Of a stretch of 64,000 nucleotides of DNA, positions 61,893-64,000 are shown piece after piece (within the stretch, counting starts at the first letter, position 1; every line of letters begins with the position of its first letter). The translations under genes were made by a program, and so were the position numbers. The stretch comes from a virus. The notes beneath the pieces were generated by a model, which was not told where the DNA came from, made no database searches, and saw only the letters and a list, made by a program, of their open reading frames with translations. Where the stretch lies: positions 74,255-138,254 of the IMG/VR virus record IMGVR_UViG_3300046559_000446. One strand, given 5' to 3'.

Positions 61893-62552
61893 TCAGACGG
61901 GTTGACGAAAAGCGACGATGCGGCGGATCGACACCATGCCGTAGCCGACATTGTGCCGGTGGTTGCCCGACAGCAGCAGGATCGACGAGGGATAGACTTT
62001 GGCGACGATCCCGATGTGATGGGGCAGGACGGCGACGGCGCCGACCCTGGGTGCGCTAGGCCGGCCATAGTGGGCGTAGGAGACGGCGGCGAGCGATCCC
62101 AGGCGGGAATAGCCGGCCTCTTTGAGCCACAGGCCCACGGAGGCCGCGCACCAGGGGCCATTGAAGCCGGTGAAATTGCCGCCGCCGACATAACGCTCCG
62201 CAACGTGCAGGAGGCGTGTGTCGCCGCCCAGGGACGCCGTGGGCGTGTAGAAACGAAAGCCGAACAGGCTGAAGCCCTGATCGGGTTCAGGGGCCACCGC
62301 CATCGCCGTGCGCGCATAGACGCGGCGCTGATAGTGATGGTGGTGCGCAACAGGGCGCCAGCGATGATAGTAGCGGCGAGGTTCACGCCATCGAGGCTTC
62401 AGGCTTTCGAAGGATTTCTCCTGCGCCTCCATGCCAAAAATGCGCCGGATGTTGAAATTTTGACTGGACGTTTGCGGCGGCGGGTCCACACTGGCAAATG
62501 CCGGCGAGGAACACGCCACGAGTAGAGCCGTGACGGCGAGCAGCTTTCGCAT
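61893..62552 (-). CDS. Secreted CHAP/NlpC-P60-like amidase (TIGR02594-like)
   Basis: Signal peptide; PWCAASV catalytic Cys; HHIGIV His; LSGN. Confidence 0.8.
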   Translation of the reverse strand: MRKLLAVTALLVACSSPAFASVDPPPQTSSQNFNIRRIFGMEAQEKSFESLKPRWREPRRYYHRWRPVAHHHHYQRRVYARTAMAVAPEPDQGFSLFGFRFYTPTASLGGDTRLLHVAERYVGGGNFTGFNGPWCAASVGLWLKEAGYSRLGSLAAVSYAHYGRPSAPRVGAVAVLPHHIGIVAKVYPSSILLLSGNHRHNVGYGMVSIRRIVAFRQPV

Positions 62553-62577
62553 CTTGCATCCTTTCTGGACATAAAAA

Positions 62578-62607
62578 GAGCGCGCCCTGCGCGAACAGGG
62601 CGCGCTC
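62578..62607 (-). terminator. Intrinsic terminator
   Basis: 12-bp stem gagcgcgccctg/cagggcgcgctc followed by TTTTAT on the minus strand. Confidence 0.75.
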
Positions 62608-62631
62608 GATTACTCAACTAGGACGTGACGA

Positions 62632-62994
62632 TCAGTGACCGGCGACGCCGCCGCCGACCGCAATCACGCTCGATCCGCCGCTGGAGGTGGCGCCGGCAAG
62701 GCCGTTGCCCGAAGATACGGCGCCCGTGGACGAAACGGACGAAGCCGTGCCGGCTCCCCCGCCGCCAGCCGCAACCGGGCCGAAGAACGTGCCGGTAGCG
62801 ACGCCGCCGCCACCCGCAACGCCGGTCGCGCCAGCGGTGGTGCCGCCAATCGCAGCCGCGTGGCCGAGCGAACCGACGACGGTCGTCGAGTGGGAGTTGG
62901 TGATGACGGTGCCGCCACCCACGCCGAAGTCGAGAGCGAAGGCCGGGGCCGCAAGCATCGACAGGCCGGCGGCGAGAACAAAGATCTTCTTCAT
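62632..62994 (-). CDS. Secreted Gly/Ala/Ser/Thr-rich protein
   Basis: GAGG RBS; signal peptide MKKIFVLAAGLSMLAAPAFA; mature part is almost uncharged and Gly-rich. Confidence 0.75.
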   Translation of the reverse strand: MKKIFVLAAGLSMLAAPAFALDFGVGGGTVITNSHSTTVVGSLGHAAAIGGTTAGATGVAGGGGVATGTFFGPVAAGGGGAGTASSVSSTGAVSSGNGLAGATSSGGSSVIAVGGGVAGH

Positions 62995-63004
62995 GCTATT
63001 TCCT

Positions 63005-63297
63005 CACGTGTGGTGCCAGGGAAACCGCCCTGGCGCGGATTTCAAGACTACCGCCCGCGACCACGAAACCGCTTATGTGACAGGTCGCGGACGGCAGCTT
63101 CTTGCTTTCGTGGCTGGGTCCGTTTGGAGCAAACCCAGGACGCCCCGCTCTCCACGGGGGACGCAAGATCTCTGCATGACCGCCGAGCCGGTGGGGACGA
63201 ACCCTTCACCTTCCCTCGGCGGTCAGCTTGCTTTCGTGGCTCGCTGATGAGCAAGGGCCACGCCCGCTCGGTTCGGCGCGCGGGGACGCAAGATCAG
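63005..63297 (-). ncRNA. Tandem three-way-junction structured RNA candidate (leader/intergenic)
   Basis: Two units UCUUGC-GU-P2-CGU..ACG-AAA-GCAAG with variable stems, separated by an 11-bp stem carrying a UUCG loop. Confidence 0.6.
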
Positions 63298-63998
63298 TTG
63301 GAGGCCGTCTTGACGCAGACGCCGGCGTCAGCAGACTGGCGGGCGCCCTTGGTGCCGCAGGCGGCGACGACGTACTGGTGGCCTTTCTTGTCGAAGTAGC
63401 TGGCCGAACGCTTCATGTCGAGCGTCACGGGCTGCGACTTTTCGCCGGGAACCTTGCCGTGATATTCGCCCTTGAAGACCGGATGGCCGTAAGGCTCGAC
63501 CACAGCGACCGTCTGCACGGCATATCGACCGATCCGACAGCGGACGCCAGAGGCGACCAGGGCCGAAGCTACTTCGTCGTCCTGGCACATGACCTGGATC
63601 GCGGCGTCACGCTGCCCGAAAGCCCATAGAGTGCGAGCGTTGAGGCGCTTGTTGCAAGGCCCGTCCTGCCAGGGAAAGCCAAGCGCCCCACCGCCGCCGA
63701 CAGCGGCGCCGCCCAGGGAGACGGAGCCATTGCAGCTTTCAATGCCGGCGGCGCTCATGCCGGGGGCGAACACCGACGGCGACTGGCCGGTGGTGGTCGA
63801 ATTGAAGGTGTTGGTGTTGGCCGCGCCAGACTGGTTGGCGTTGACGGAGCGGACGCCGACGTTCTGGCTGCTGTTGATGCGGCTGTTGACGTTGGAGTTG
63901 GAGCGCGAGGCCGAATTGGACTGGCTGGCCGACAGCGCGGTGTTGCGGTTGTTCTGGACGGGATCGGCAACAGCGGCGGAATTGGAGCGCGAGTTGGA
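63294..63998 (-). CDS. Asn/Ser-rich, Cys-containing protein (5' end outside the window)
   Basis: The frame is open to the window edge: SNSRSNS...NTNTFNS then PSVFAP...C...G...DGPCNKRLNAR.L...AAIQVMCQD. Confidence 0.75.
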   Translation of the reverse strand, partial: SNSRSNSAAVADPVQNNRNTALSASQSNSASRSNSNVNSRINSSQNVGVRSVNANQSGAANTNTFNSTTTGQSPSVFAPGMSAAGIESCNGSVSLGGAAVGGGGALGFPWQDGPCNKRLNARTLWAFGQRDAAIQVMCQDDEVASALVASGVRCRIGRYAVQTVAVVEPYGHPVFKGEYHGKVPGEKSQPVTLDMKRSASYFDKKGHQYVVAACGTKGARQSADAGVCVKTASN

Positions 63999-64000
63999 GA

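Noticed and set aside
63048-63254. 68-aa ORF in the structured intergenic region
   Set aside because: Arg/Ser-rich, no RBS, and the repeats are conserved as base pairs rather than as codons.
63098-63295. Hammerhead or HDV-like ribozyme (GUC, CGAAA, and a CTGATGA at about 63245)
   Set aside because: CUGAUGA is on the plus strand, while GUC and GAAA are on the minus strand. The minus strand lacks the CUGANGA core, and the HDV P3/P1 nesting cannot be built. Kept only as an unclassified three-way junction.
1-64000. Integrase/att site, reverse transcriptase/DGR, transposase, intron or intein
   Set aside because: I recognised no such motifs. terL, polA, portal and MCP are uninterrupted. The part of the genome outside the window is unseen.

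Overview
The window is most of a GC-rich tailed-phage genome with a podovirus-like gene layout. The host is most likely an alphaproteobacterium (Hyphomicrobiales/Rhizobiales-like), inferred from a GcrA homolog and Rhizobiales-type secreted proteins. Layout: 1-5.6 kb (+) holds SSB, family-A DNA polymerase and a C5-cytosine methyltransferase with a nested +1-frame ORF. 5.6-12.6 kb (+) holds about 25 small early genes behind three near-identical sigma70-like promoter cassettes. 12.7-15.9 kb holds a primase-helicase followed by an iteron/AT-rich origin candidate. 15.9-18.3 kb is a divergent block with five copies of a 15-bp palindromic operator and a small HTH gene. About 18.3 kb is a candidate packaging/terminus site. 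19-60 kb (+) is the late operon: TerS, TerL, a Tad2/Tad2/Acb4-like anti-defence sponge cluster, portal, an ADP-ribosyltransferase-like/glycosylase-like fusion, GroES, scaffold, capsid, adaptors, three tail-fibre paralogs, GH19 endolysin, nozzle, GNAT, three ejection proteins and a tail-collar protein. 60-64 kb (-) holds GcrA, MazG, a secreted CHAP amidase, Gly-rich and Asn/Ser-rich secreted proteins, and a tandem three-way-junction RNA candidate. I saw no integrase, tRNA, rRNA or CRISPR array. All family assignments come from motif recognition by eye, not from database searches.
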